DNA of 64,000 bases from Potamilus streckersoni (GCA_016746295.1 JAEAOA010001935.1:2610024-2674023), one strand, 5' to 3'; counted from the stretch's first letter, positions 1 to 13,805 are shown. Notes: a model not told the origin generated them from the letters alone. Translations and numbers: made by a program.

Positions 1-466
1 TCTGACAAAACTGTTGTAGCCAAAAATATGGCCCGATGGTATAATTTGTCACTAATATATAAAACATAATTGCAGTTTGTCACATTGACAAAGCCCAGCA
101 CAATCACTGTTTTTGATTTTATTTCTGGTTGTTACCATATAAATATTGCATATGAACTCGAAATCAAGAGACATAGACAAAATGCCGTTTGCAAATTTAG
201 ACAAGTGTTTTGTAGTTAAACGGAAAAATGATGAAGATTTCAATGAGATTCAGAACTGTGCTAAAGTTGCTAGAACTGATAATTGGGATGCGATAGTAGT
301 ATTAGAAAGTATGTGATTTCTGGCTTAATGGGGACTGTACCTTTGCTGGCGGGACTGCAACGTTTGCTGGTGGGATTCCAATTTTTACCCAAATAGGAAT
401 CATGGACTCCTAGTTTTAAAATCTTAGAGAGAGACCTCTGCTTTTTGAAGCCAGTACCATCACTGG

Positions 467-468
<2 letters not shown>

Positions 469-560
<92 letters not shown>
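469..560. repeat. (TA)n microsatellite. Similar (TA)n arrays at 1875-1926, 62140-62215 and 62965-63052; (TG)n at 2029-2088 and 22845-22870; (TC)n at 33361-33435.
   Basis: Direct. Confidence 0.95.
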
Positions 561-562
<2 letters not shown>

Positions 563-1873
563 GTCACACTACCAGGCGAAGTGGGCAATAAAGCCACCTG
601 AGAACTGTAAACTTTGCCTTCTGTTAGAAAAGTGAAAATGATTTCACCCTTGATTTTTCATACCTAAAATGGCTGTAGATTATGAGTTTTGAGATGCCCT
701 TTAGCAGTAGCCAGTAAGCTCTGGCACTGTTGTAATCCAAGGTGAAAAGCATCAATATATAAATAGTAATTTGCTTTTAAAAAATGTGATTGGTAAAAAG
801 TGTTTTCTAATGTATTTCTTGTTTTTATAAATGGAGATTTTATTGGCCATATTTGTGTATTGTCTTGATAAAATCAGTTTGAAACCGTAAATGAATGGCA
901 GACATCGCTACATATACGATATGCCACATCATTAAACTGTATACGTAAATGGTAAATAGAATCTGGAAAATATATAATATAATGAAAACAAAGTTTAAAT
1001 GTTTTGTCATAGTAGATTTAGCCTTAATATTTAAAAATGCAGGTCAAAAACATGCAAAAATCTCTTTTGGAATTTGAAACAGTGCTACATGGTCAAGGTT
1101 GTTTCCTGACCTACCATAGGCCTAATTAATTTTTGCAAAATTACAAGAGATATATAGTAGGGAAGCAAATACTATTTAACTGATTTATGTCATTAATACC
1201 AGCAGTAGGTAGAAAAATAATTCAACCATAAATATGCAGTCCTATTCATGAATTTGTTGTAACAAAGCAAGAAAGTGAATAGTTATATTTAGAAATACTC
1301 TCTTTCTAAAAATAGATGCACTTGCTTGGTGCATTACATCTTCTTGGATGTTGTGGTTTTGGGGAAAAAAGGGTCCAGCTTAGTCATCTATTTACTTTAG
1401 TGCTTCTGTGTGTTGTCTATGAATAGTTACAGTAATGTTTTATTGGGAACAAGGAAATCAGGATGAAGAGTATGTTTTGAAGTTGCTTGTTCATTTTTTC
1501 CAATGTATATGAATTAGGGATTGTTTCAAAGAATGCTAGATATCTTTTTGATTACAATTTTACATACAACTTGTACAAAATAAAATAAAAAAATTAAGTG
1601 GTAGTGTATTAAGCATTTTTTACCAACTTGAAATTACAAGACACTTATCTTGTTACTGATTGCAGTTAAAATTAATTACAATGTATAGCTTCTTCTGTGC
1701 CTTTTAAGACATATCACCAATTTGCCTGTATCTCAATCGAAACACATATACTACAAGTGTGAATAGAATGGGTATGAATATAATAATTTGTAAACATGTA
1801 CAAATAGGGTTGATAATAACCATATGAAATATTTTTTAATTTGAAAATAAGGCATTGTTTAAAACTGTTAAAA

Positions 1874-1929
<56 letters not shown>

Positions 1930-2477
1930 CGCATTTCATGTTTTGGTCTCACTTATCCCAGTTTAGCTTCCACTTCTCCCTGTTCTGACCTAAAGAAGAA
2001 GTCACAATTTAAGTCTAGCTGGACCCCTCTGTGTGTGTATATGTGTGTATATAGTGTGTGTATGTGTGTGTGTGTGTGTGTGTGTGTAAATTATTATGTA
2101 TATGTATGTGCATGCATTTCGTGCATTGCTTCCACTTGTCCTTGTTCAACAATCACTTCATTTAGTTCTCTCTAAAAGAAGTCACTTCTCCCTAAATTTC
2201 AGGTCTAGCTTGACGTCTCTGATATTATTAATAATAAATACATGCTTTTCCTTTTCCATTATATCCATTTGAAAGTGAGGGAGAACCAACTTTATGCCAG
2301 TGGCTTCCAGATATATGTTGAAGACTAGTGAGTTCCATGAATGAAGAGTCCAGGACTCCTCCTTTTGCAATTCTGTTTAGTGCCCCACGTGTTGTTTTGC
2401 AAAAACTCCAATACACAGTTAATATGTACTGTATGAAATATGCTTTGGATACATTTTTTGCATCATAACTTTGATAA

Positions 2478-2760
2478 TTTTTCTGTCATACTGATATGTT
2501 GTATGCAGTGTTGCAGATTATAGTGATGTCTACGACTGGGGTATCATGCTGCAGACATGTGGCACTATGTCCCACCCAGTCGCATTATCCTGACATCAGG
2601 CCAGCCAGTCCTAACACTAACATCTTAATGCTGAATGCTTAGCAAGGCAACTGTTAATACCATTTTCATAAGTCTTTGGCATGACTCAGCTGGGATTTGG
2701 ACCTGTGACCTCCTATATCCAAATTGGATGCTCTAACTGCTAGGCTACCGGAGTGGTCTA
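2478..2760 (-). mobile_element. tRNA-derived SINE, family A (tRNA-like head gggtttgaacc..., body ggataatgtgactgg...catgatgc..actataaactgc, (CA)n tail)
   Basis: Four dispersed copies share about 200-280 bp. A and B box-like motifs (tggtctagtgg / ggttcaatc) are present in the head. Confidence 0.7.
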
Positions 2761-3399
2761 CATTTTACTAAGAGAACATAGCTCACCAGTATTGCAAAAT
2801 ACCTCCCTCCTGACATAAGAATCTTTTATTTTAATGCATATGTTCAACCATTAACTGCTTAAAATATGACCTTGAAAGGATTTTGAAAAATCAAAATGGA
2901 GAAACACATACATTTATAGACTTTTTGATTCTGAACCCATTTTTAAGTTGGATGGAAAATGGATGAGACATGTTTAGCCAGATATTTTGCACCACAGAAA
3001 GGATCCCCTTATGGTCAGGTGGTTTAGAATACCAATCACTGCCATCTGTCCGTTCCTTAGTACAGCCAATGTATGTGAAAAAAACTTACCAATAAACTTC
3101 CTGTGTGTTAGTGGGTTTCCTTTGGGTTAGCTAGATAAAGTGCACAACAGGACATGTTTAGCCAGATACGCTGCCACACAGTAAGCTTTCCCTGAAGGTC
3201 AAGTAGTCTAAAACCTTTATTGATCAAAGCCATCTCACCTATGTACATATGGGTTTGAGCCTTGGGCCCCGACAATATGAGTATAGGAAAAACTTCCAAT
3301 AACTTGCTGTGGATCAATGGATTATTCCTTGATCAATTATATGACCATCAAGATATAGCCTATCATATGTAGAAAATGGCATTAAACCCAGAACAACAT

Positions 3400-4320
3400 C
3401 ACAATATCTGGATGACATTTAGATACACTGCACGACTATATCCAGATTTGTAGCCAGATACACTGCACCACGGTATCTACATGGCATGTTTAGTGAGACA
3501 GATTTCACTACAATGTCTCTGTGACAGATTTAGCTAGATACACTGTACCACAATATCTATGAAGACATGTTTAGCTAGACAGACTGCACCACAATATCTA
3601 CAAGACATATTTAGCCAGATACACTGCACCACAATATCTACAAGACATTAGCCAGATACACTGCACCACAATATATACAAGGCATGTTTAGCCAGATACA
3701 CTGCACCACAATATCTACATGACATATTTAGCCAGATACACTGCACCACAATATCTAAATGGCATGTTTAGCCAGATACACTACACCACAATATCTACAT
3801 GACATATTTAGCCAGATACACTGCACCACAATATCTAAATGGCATGTTTAGCCAGATACACTACACCACAATATCTGCATGACATATTTAGCCAGATACA
3901 CTGCACCACAATATCTACAAGACATCTTTAGTCAGATACACTGTACCACAATATGTACATGACATATTTAGCCAGATACACTGCACCACAATATCTACAT
4001 GACATGTTTAGCCAGATACACTCAATATCTACAAGACATCTTTAGCCAGATACACTGTACCACAATATCTACATGACATATTTAGCCAGATACACTGCAC
4101 CACAATATCTACAAGATATTAGCCAGATACACTGTACCACAATATCTACATGACATGTTTAGCCAGATACACTGCACCACAATATCTACATGACATGTCT
4201 AGCCAGATACACTGCACCACAATATCTACATGACATGTCTCGCCAGATATAGTGTATCACAATATCTTCATGTGTAGCAAGATACACTCAGACTGTATCA
4301 CAATATCTAGAAGTCATGTC
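3400..4320. repeat. 40-bp minisatellite, about 22 units (tttagccagatacactgcaccacaatatctacatgacata)
   Basis: Direct reading of the periodicity. Confidence 0.9.
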
Positions 4321-5129
4321 TAACCAGATATATTCTATTTATGAACTATGGTTTGTATAAGCTGTAACCCTAAATATAATGGGTTAAGAAGATTTTTAAA
4401 ATTTGGGGGTTCTTGTCTGGAACATATTGGATTATAATGTAAAACAATCAGAATCTTTGCTATGCAAAACAAATGCTTTATCTACATAGTAATTAAGAAC
4501 TTGAACGTTTTGAACTTGTGGTAAATAATGTATATATTATGCATAAGAAGATTGTAGAGAAGAGAGAGAAAATATTTTCTCATTTATTTCCATTGGTATA
4601 AATTTTTGGGCTTTGGACAAAAAACTTATTTTTATGGGTACTTTTTGTGTAGATTTGCATTAACCGAAGTAATAAAATTAAAATGCTGTCATTAATTAAC
4701 AACACTGCCACCAATATGAGCATAAATAACACCCTTGTCAGGAACAGTATGTTTCACTTTTGTTTTCTCTGAGTGCTTGACGTCAGATGGGGCTGATGCA
4801 GCCAACAGCACAAAGTCACAAAGTTTTGAAACATATCTATATGATCTTTTACTTGAACCACTGTCCATAAAGTTGCACCATCTTTACAGTCTGACAGTCA
4901 TGTTGGATAATCCATATTATGATCCATCATTCCATATCTGAACTTAAATTTTGACCAACTGTGCCTCGATCAGTGTAATAAGTTTTTGAGGAAAATTGTC
5001 CATGATAAAATATTAAGAGAAAAATTTTAACAGGAATGTTTGCCTAATCAAAGAGACTTACAGACAATAACAAAGTTATTGTAATTTTGTCATGCAGATA
5101 AGTTCATGAGTAGTCAGATAGTTTTCCAG

Positions 5130-5720
5130 AGGTATACTACTTGGAGAATATAACATTGATTCTAGGCGTTTTGTCTACTTTCAGAGATATCAAATTTGGA
5201 GAATATAGGATTGGTTCTAGGCTGTCTTGTCTTGTTCCAGATTTTGGATCACATAGCATTGGTTCTACGCTGTCTTATCTGGTTCCCAAAGTAGTTGTTG
5301 TAGGGTTTAACACCATTTTTATGCACAAAAAAGGCTATACATGGTGGCCAGTATAAATGGTGGAGGAAGAACCTGGGAAAACCCTGGAAAGAACCATCTA
5401 CCCATAATTAGCTACTGGCAAGCTTTCTCACATACCCACATTGACTTAACCTGAACCCATGCAGACAAAGATGAGACGGCAATGATCAATAACTGAGACC
5501 ATTTTAAACCACTCAGCCACTCAAGGCCCCAGTTCCAGGGATATTGTACTTGGAGAATATAGCATTCCAGAGGCATCCTGCTTGGAAAATATAGCACTGG
5601 TTCTAAGCTGTCTTCTCTGGTTCCAGAGTTATCCTGCTTGGAGAGTATAGCAATTTTTCTAGGCTGTCTTGTCTGGTTCCAGAGGTATCCTACTTGGAGA
5701 ATATAGCTACTTTATGAAAA
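5130..5720. repeat. ~58-bp tandem repeat (cttggagaatatagcattggttctaggctgtcttgtctggttccagaggtatcct) interrupted by a SINE-B insertion
   Basis: Units are present on both sides of 5283-5532. Confidence 0.8.
5283..5532 (-). mobile_element. SINE family B copy inserted inside a ~58-bp tandem array
   Basis: Core ctggcaagctttctcacatacccacattg. The flanking array units (cttggagaatatagc...ggttccagaggtatcct) continue on both sides. Confidence 0.7.
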
Positions 5721-6264
5721 ACATTGATCCATCAAACCCCCTGCCTACTTTGACAACTTACCTTCCAACTGTAAATCTGATAGAAGGCCCTGATGTGTCC
5801 AGTTTTTCTAATGTGGGCAAGGTCCTAAGCTCTATTTTCTGGTTTCAGGCAATATTTGAATATGCAGACAGTTGAATGCTATACTTTATTAACACAGTAA
5901 GTCAGTGGCTTATTAAGAATGGGGAACGACAGTTCCATCTGCTTGAGTGACAGCCAGAAGAGGGGGAGGGTGTCATTGGGAGAGTTGAAATACCAGTACA
6001 AGTTTTCAAACCAAATGAAAAATTTGCCAAAGTAAAAATTATTTCCAATTGCTTATGACAGCATTGTACTGTTTAAAAATCTGCTTGCAAACATGATATA
6101 TATTTCTGGTGTTTATATTTTAAAATCATTTGTGGTTGGTGCCAAAGGAAGGATCTGTCCCAGGTGCCAATAATTTTAGGTATACCCTTCAATAAAAGCA
6201 CCTTATTGGTATGAGCTATTCAATAATGAAGGAATGAGGCTATATAATGGTAGAGGAAAAATTA

Positions 6265-6660
6265 TTGTGACTTGTACCATACAAAAGTGAAGTCAAATCT
6301 ACCAATTAATGTGATCTGTACCATACAAAAGTGAAGTCAAATCTACCAATTAATGTGATCTGTACCATACAAAAGTGAAGTCAAATCTACCAATTAATGT
6401 GATCTGTACCATACAAAAGTGAAGTCAAATCTACCAATTAATGTGATCTGTACCATACAAAAGTGAAGTCAGATCTACCAATTAGTGTGATTTGTACCAT
6501 ACAAAAGTGAAGTCAAATCTACCAATTAATGTGACCTGTATCATACAAAAGTGAAGTCAAATCTACCAATTAATGTGACCTGTACCATACAAAAGTGAAG
6601 TCAAATCTTCCAATTAATGTGACCTGTACCATACAAAAGTGAAATCAAATCTACCAAATT
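6265..6660. repeat. 44-bp minisatellite, about 9 units (ccatacaaaagtgaagtcaaatctaccaattaatgtgatctgta)
   Basis: Direct periodicity. Confidence 0.9.
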
Positions 6661-7381
6661 AAATTAAATCATCAGGCTTTAAATATGTAACCAATATGAA
6701 TAGGCCGAGCTTTACCTTGTTTCCTTAAACATGATTAAAAATGAAACAGTTAATTTCAGTATGTTGTTATCTTGTATCTGTATGTATATGCAGATGCATG
6801 ACAGCTGAGTTTTGATGAATATAAGGAAGAATGGTCAATAGCATGACAATGGAACTCAAAAAGAAAATCATTTCCTATTCTTAGCTATTCTTGTTATATC
6901 AGTTTATCTTTTTATGGTGGCCTAAATCTCTATTTCCTCAAGGCAAAAGTTAGGTACTTGATGTTGTTCATTAAGTATATACATTTTAATTATATTCACT
7001 GATTTTGATTTGTCCAGTTTTTTAAATTTCTTAATATGAAATAAAACTTGGCATTAGTTTTCTAAAGCATTGCATGTTTTATCTTAAACAAAATTATTTA
7101 TTTAGTCAAGGCTATCCATTCAATTGATACTTTTGCATTGATACTTTTGCCCTGCCAGCTTAATGATATAATGCCAGCTGGGTAACAATTTGCCAGCAGT
7201 ACAGGTACCTTTCTGGTCTGCTAACTACCAATCCACTGTAAATCAAGTAAAACAGGATTTCCCAGTATGTCCCAATGACTGTATAGTTTTAGAAGCAGGA
7301 ATTCATTTTTTATCAGTTTCATTTATTATCTCTTTATAGCTGAGGACTGCAGTTTTCACATTGACTTATTTTGACATCAGT

Positions 7382-7613
7382 ATGGCAAGTGCTCGCCCAG
7401 ACAGTGAAAGTGATGACGAGTTTCAGAATAGAAAGAATACTCAGTCAAAGAGAACAGTTCGTGGAATTTGCAGACATGGCAAAAAGAGTTCTGCAGATGT
7501 CAATAATCCAGACATAGTTTACAAAGCACAGATGTATTCAACGCAAGTGATGAGGTGCTTTGACAACCTTGAGACCAACAAAGAATTTATCTTGGCAGCT
7601 GCTGAAACTTCAG
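7382..7613 (+). CDS. NFATC2IP: Exon 1 (coding part) of NFATC2IP/Rad60/Esc2-family gene: MASARPDSESDDEFQNRKNTQSKRTVRGICRHGKKSSADVNNPDIVYKAQMYSTQVMRCFDNLETNKEFILAAAETS, ends in phase 1
   Basis: ATG at 7382 in good Kozak context (a at -3, g at +4). The frame stays open to the donor cag|gtatgg at 7613/7614, and phase 1 matches the next exon. The acidic DSESDDE stretch resembles the N-terminal region of NIP45. The supplied ORF 7361..7714 runs on into the intron. Confidence 0.6.
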
Positions 7614-8319
7614 GTATGGCAGTAGTTTTAAACAATGGCTTATCTAGAGAGAGATTTTGGGCATTTCTCTCTTACTTTCACATACTAACTTTCTACCAGA
7701 TTGTTTTAATATAATACCCCAAAAGTATAAAAAAAAATTGAGATCCCACTGTGAGTTTTGGACTTGCTACCTCTGTTTGGCAGCCAGAATACAGACAAAT
7801 GCAGGTGTTTATATATAAGATTGTGTGGATCCGATATTAGTAGGATATCATACAGTCTGCATGGTATTTATTACATTCAGAGTTTTCAATAGACATGTAC
7901 CCTTTGTTTTTTTAAAAATTTAAATAGGATTTATTTTTGATGCTTGGGAATTTTAATTTGTGCGTCTTTTTGATGCATGTAGATTTGGGCTGCAGCTTCA
8001 ATCTTGATTTGCATCCAGCTTAGTTTCTTAAAGTATGCTCTCCATAATAAATTTACTGTAGGAGGCACTGATTGACATCTGCTTGACAACAGTCGAGGCC
8101 TTGACGGCCAATAATATCACCCCCAGTGGAAGATATATGTGAACTGGTTGGAGCTGAAGTCACTTAAGTCAAGCCTAGGTGCAACTGAATTAGGTTGGAT
8201 AGTTTTGAGATTATAGATTATGTTTGAAGTTTAAGATAGATGAACAGGAGACATGAATGGAATGCTTTTTGGTAAACGGACATCAAATTATAATCAGCTG
8301 GTCAGAAATGGAGCATAAT

Positions 8320-10837
8320 TCCCCTACTAAATGATCATGAATAATTCATGAACTGGCATGAACAGTTCTTGAACGATTCATGAACTTTGTTCATGAACCA
8401 TCCCTGAAAGTTCATCAAAAGGTTCATGAATGTGCATGAACTGAAAATGGTCAATTCAAATTAAATGAATTCATGAACATTCATGAACCATAACTTTACA
8501 AACTGTTCTTGAACTTTCATGAACTATTCATGAACTGAATTCATGAACAGTTCATAAAAGTTCACTAACTGGTTCATCATCATTCATCACAGTTGATGAA
8601 CATATTCATGAATTATGATGAACAATGTTCCTCATTTTTCATGACTTCATGAACAGTTCCTAAAAAAATTTGATTATGTGACAAACTTGCAAATACCTAT
8701 TTCATCCTGAATCACAAAATAACCTTAGATGTGGGGGGGTTTAAAAGAGTATAAAATGCAATATATTATCTTAAAAAACTTTTTAATTTCATATAAATTT
8801 CTAATATGCATCAAAGAACACGTAAACTGACATTAAGCGATATTCCTTTTTATTCTTAGCAACACTTTCTGTATGTTTTGTAATTTTTCTTTGAAAATTG
8901 TTCAAGAGATAATGGGACAGTTGTGTTCAATCAACTGCGGAAGCATATTTATCAGTGATTGTCATGGAGCTAATTCCACTGATGTTTCTCAAGAAGACCT
9001 GGATCCCCACCCCCAAACTGACCTGTCAGATAACTCTTTTTTGTAAAGACAGTCAGGGTCTAATTTTAATTTAATGAAATTCCACCTATTGTCACTACTG
9101 AATGTCTCCATCTGCAACTTAAGCTGTTCATTTGATTACTGTATGGATCTTTAACATTGCTGCAGCAGTCACTTTTTAATGTCTATTCCATCTTGGCTGT
9201 AAGATCCTCAAGTTGTCTAATTTTCCTCCTCATCTTATAAACTTCATCCTCTAATAATTTTCCTTTTCTGCTGTCATGTTTGATCTGAAAGAAAGATAAA
9301 AGTTAATTACAGACAACCTATGATCAACATTGTCTTCAGTTTTTTCCAACTCAAAATTATTTAATCCCTTACACTTAATACACAACTTACTGCGCATTTA
9401 CATTATTGGATAAATTTGTTCACTAGTTGTATTTTAACTTAAGCTGACTTGCCATATGCATTATAAGTCACAGGAGTCAAATGTTTTTATAATAATGTAT
9501 CTAATCTGACGCCGTATGTTGCATATAGCTGCTTCAGGTTTAATCACGTAAGTAGTACATGTATTATGTACAGTTTGACACATTAACTAGTTTTTTGTTT
9601 TTGTTTTAATTTACCAAATTACATCAGATCATATAAATAGTGATGTCATGAAACATAAAACCATACAGAACATATAAATTCATATCGCTGATGCAGTACC
9701 GCGTATGGTAGCGAGATCGAAAAAGTGGGTGGAGGTATAATGTTTCGTGATATTCAAAAATTCAAAGAGAAAGTTTAAATTGGTTCTGACAAAAACCAGA
9801 TCTATTAGTTTTGTTAAAACTATATGATGACATAAAAAACAAAAAATTATACATATAATTCCCATTGAAAAATAATGAATGACGAAGAAAAAGATACACT
9901 CACCGTAATTTTGATGATCCCGCTGTGTATGCTTTTCCGCATAATTTTGCTCTCATCAAGTCAATTCCTTCATATTCTTCATAATTCTTTCTCTGCACTT
10001 CTATTTACTTAAAAGAAATGGTATTGAAAATATTCTCATCTGTTAATTCCACGGGTCCGTGATTTTTGTTCGAGATTGTTGCTTGTTGCAAAACCCTTTG
10101 CATGCTCTTTCGTTTGTGCTCAGCCACTGAAATCATTCGCGCGTATTTTACCTAATCATATCACGTCTTCTTTCACAGTCATCCAATCAGGATAATCGTT
10201 GCTTACATATTTCAGTTTTTACTGCAACTTGGCAACCAGTTTACAAAGTCAATAAAATATGCAGTTTATGACAGTACTGGAGGAAAACATTAGAACAAAG
10301 TCATTGAAAGCTTTTATAGCAAGTCAATTTTGTTCATGATGGCCAGAAAAATATTTTTCCATAATAATCCAGAACTATTCAAGTTAAGTACACAAGTATT
10401 GAATGAAAGATCTCTGAACATTTATACAGTATCATATAATTAAAAAAAATATTCACCTTTATTTATATTTCACTAAAATTGTGAGAAGTATGTATGAATA
10501 ATTTTCATAAACATTTTATGAATATAATGATATAGAAATTTCATATACATTTTTAAGAAATATCTTAATGGTACATCAAAGTACTTGAATTGTTCATGAA
10601 GCAAATTCATGACATTTCAGAAACTTCAAAAATATCATAATAGTTCATAAAAGTTCATTGTGTTCATGAAGTAAGTACATGATTCATCAAACTTCTTGAA
10701 GTGTTCATGAACTTAGGTGATGAGCGTTCATGGCTATTTGTTCATGAACTCAAATGATGAACTGATCATGAACATTTCAAGTATGTTCATGAACATTCAT
10801 GATTGTTCATGAAGTCATGAATTTGTTTTCGTAGGGT
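8320..10837 (+). mobile_element. Candidate DNA-transposon-like unit bounded by two arrays of the palindromic motif TTCATGAA(C)
   Basis: Two ~300-bp blocks (8330-8660 and 10560-10830) each contain more than 20 copies of ttcatgaac. The outer ends resemble each other in inverse orientation (cccctactaaa...ttcatga vs tcatgaa...ttttcgtaggg), with a possible TAAT flank on both sides. The interior carries the CpG/CCAAT promoter-like segment. Confidence 0.3.
9904..10200 (-). promoter_or_regulatory. Promoter-like CpG/CCAAT region with a candidate first exon and GTGAGT donor (minus strand), inside intron 1 of the NFATC2IP-like gene
   Basis: On the minus strand: inverted CCAAT/Y-box ctgattgg (plus 10183-10190), gacgtga CRE-like half site, and a cgcgcg CpG cluster that is unusual for this AT-rich window. 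Then a short ORF (atgagagcaaaattatgcgg...) ending in attacg|gtgagt (donor at plus 9903). No downstream exon could be identified. Confidence 0.25.
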
Positions 10838-11664
10838 AATGGCAACACATAAAGCCGGTTGTCAAGGCAATTGGATCAACTTAAATTGCTTTATTGGCAA
10901 TTTGCTTCATTTGGCAGAATGTTTAAAGTTTCAAAATCATTTATGACTTCATTCCATTCATTTTGTTATAAATATCGGTATATGTGCTTTAAATTATAAT
11001 CAGTTAGACATAACAGGAATATATTTGGAATATATGACTTTTTAGTGGTTTCCCAGACTTACAGTACACGAAAGAAATGCTATAATTTTGTTTCCAAATT
11101 TATAGGTCAAAAAATATTACTTTTGAAAATAATTAAGGGTGTCTCAAAACTTATAGTGTCCCATTAAGTATTACATTAATACATTAACATTAATACATTA
11201 ATACATTATTACATTAACTTATAGTGTCCCATTAAGTATTACATTAATTACAATACTTATAACATCATTCATAATATAGTCATTATTTAAAATGTGTATT
11301 GGTATAATTGCTGTCAAATGTATATTTTCTGTCTAATGTATATATTTCTGTCATGTATATATTTCTGTGATTCTTTTAATATTTTCTTTCTAGTCTTTAC
11401 ATGTTTTGCCTGTGTTTGTTTCCCAGTAAATATATTGGGATTTGTGGTTCACACACTGGTGTAGCAGTGCTTCTTTTTTTATCTCTTCTTTTATAACAAG
11501 TGTTAGGGTGGATATTACACCTTCAGATTTGATCCAGTTGATGTTTTCAGCTATTCTGGTCATAGGCCTGAAGAGCTCATAGGAACGCATGTTGTCCATA
11601 AATTATTATTTGTTGCCTGCCAAAGAGCATTAGTTTTTAATTGCTACTCCTCCTAAACTACTAG

Positions 11665-11895
11665 GATTGCCATGAAACTTTACACACACTGCCATGAAAC
11701 TTTACACATACATTGCCGTGAAACTTTACATACACATTGCCATGAAACTTTACATACACATTGCCATGAAACTTTACATACACATTGCCATGAAACTTTA
11801 CACACTCATTGCCATGAAACTTTACACACACATTGCCATGAAACTTTACACATACATTGCCATGAAACTTTACACACACATTGCCATAAATATAT
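11665..11895. repeat. 30-bp minisatellite, about 8 units (cattgccatgaaactttacacaca)
   Basis: Direct periodicity. Generates the overlapping fake ORFs 11661..11942 and 11672..11950. Confidence 0.9.
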
Positions 11896-12469
11896 ATGGA
11901 AAGTCTTGGAATTTTCAGTAGTCTGCATATTGCCCTTGACACAGTACTGAAACTACTCTTCTGAAAGTAGTCAATGACCTTCTACCTGCTTTGGATAGCA
12001 GGAAGATTACAGTCCTCACCCTCACCTGACTTTGACACTATACACCATGATTGTCATTGTCTGTTTCTGACAACCATACACCTGTCAATGAACTTGAACT
12101 TCATTGACTCCATTGGATTAAATGAAAGTTTGTTCCAGATAAAACATCACAGTCCATTAGATTTCAGCATCAGATGGCATCACACTCTTCTACACAATCC
12201 ATTAGAATTCAGCATCAGATTGCATCACACTTCTCTAAACAATCCATTAGAATTCAGCATCAGATTGCATCACACTCTTCTACACAATCCATTAGAATTC
12301 AGCATCAGATGGCATCACACTCTTCTATCAGTTGCCTAAAGGGCAAAGAAGTCATTTGAATATAAAAGATAATCAATTTCTATACTATAATCAATTTCTA
12401 CACTACCCTTTCATCTTGCAATCATGTGTCATATGCAAATATTATCCTTATTATAATTTTTTTTCTATG

Positions 12470-12642
<173 letters not shown>

Positions 12643-12848
12643 AGCTTCATTATCTTATTTTAATGATGTACTCTATTTCTCAGTGTGCTTTTAACAGTTT
12701 TAAGCAATGCCTTATTTTCAAGTTGAAAAATATGTGTAATATATTAGTATCAACATATTTTGTAAGGGTATACAAAATTTTTTATATTCATATGCACAGT
12801 GTAAGTGCATCTAATTTTAGAAAGAGGCTTTTCTTAACATAACTACAT

Positions 12849-13805
12849 GTACCGTATTTTCTCTGCATATATCCTGCAAAAGCAGATAATCTGCACCCTC
12901 ATATAGCCCGAGGGTTTTGTGTAAAACAATCGTTGTCTTATCCCTCACCTTTGTATAACCCGCAACCATAGATTGATAAACTTTTTGTGTATGTTCACGT
13001 TGTCTACCATTACTGTTTTTGAAGGACCGAATTCATCAATGCTCACACGTGAATGAGGAATGATACAACTATTACATTTTCACTCACCCACCCAACAGGC
13101 AAATTTGTATTTATACTATCATGTCAGTCAGCCCCGGTCCATATTCATCTCTCTGCATATGTTCAAGTTAGATACCCGGCCACCACTATATTCCGGCTGG
13201 CAGCCGGAAGTGCATGGCAATAGAGCCACAGGCAAAAAATTTGATATTGATGAGAGCGTAATTTGAGGTTGGAAAAAAGAAAAAGAAGCGTTGGAGAAGA
13301 TGAATCCACGAAACATGCTCATTGTGGATCTAAAGCAAAATGGCCTCACCTTAAATCTGACCTGAAGCAGTGGATCATGGCCCAGCACGAAAAAAACTGA
13401 CCAATCTCGACAGTTGCCATCAAACTGAAAGCCAGACTAATGCAACAGAGAAGCACATTTTAAAGGAGGAGTGCACTGGGTATATAAATTTATTAAGTGG
13501 AACCAATTGTCAATCAGAACACCAATGACTGTCGGCCAATGTCTACCCGAGAATTGGGAGATTTGGTCCCGATACCATAAGTTGTTGTGAAGTCACCATA
13601 GTAGCCATAATATCCAACCCTAGCAAAACAAAACTAGAGCTATATATAAGTTATATAGTTATGTTTTTCAAACAAAATATTGAAATATTATTAAGTGTAA
13701 AACATTTGTGATATAGCCTGCACCCTTATACAATCTGCACACCCTGTGCAGGGTTTGTAAAATCTGGTATATAACCCATGGGATATATGCAGGAAAATAT
13801 GGTAC
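12849..13805 (+). mobile_element. Non-autonomous DNA transposon/MITE-like element with ~26-bp TIRs (gtaccgtattttctctgcatatatcc / ggatatatgcaggaaaatatggtac)
   Basis: The termini are reverse complements with 2 mismatches and one indel. Internal subterminal motifs ctgcaccct / gggtgcag. No credible ORF. TSD not resolved. Confidence 0.5.

Noticed and set aside
3390-4320. Regular 40-bp direct repeats that could superficially resemble a CRISPR array
   Set aside because: There are no unique spacers between repeats because the units are contiguous. The context is eukaryotic (introns, SINEs, LINE), so this is a minisatellite, not a CRISPR array. The same applies to the other arrays listed.
7361-7714. 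Supplied 117-aa ORF as a single-exon gene
   Set aside because: Only 7382-7613 is coding. The C-terminal 34 residues (GMAVVLNNGLSRERFWAFLSYFHILTFYQIVLI) are read-through past a consensus GT donor into the intron, and the downstream exon chain fits the phase at 7613.
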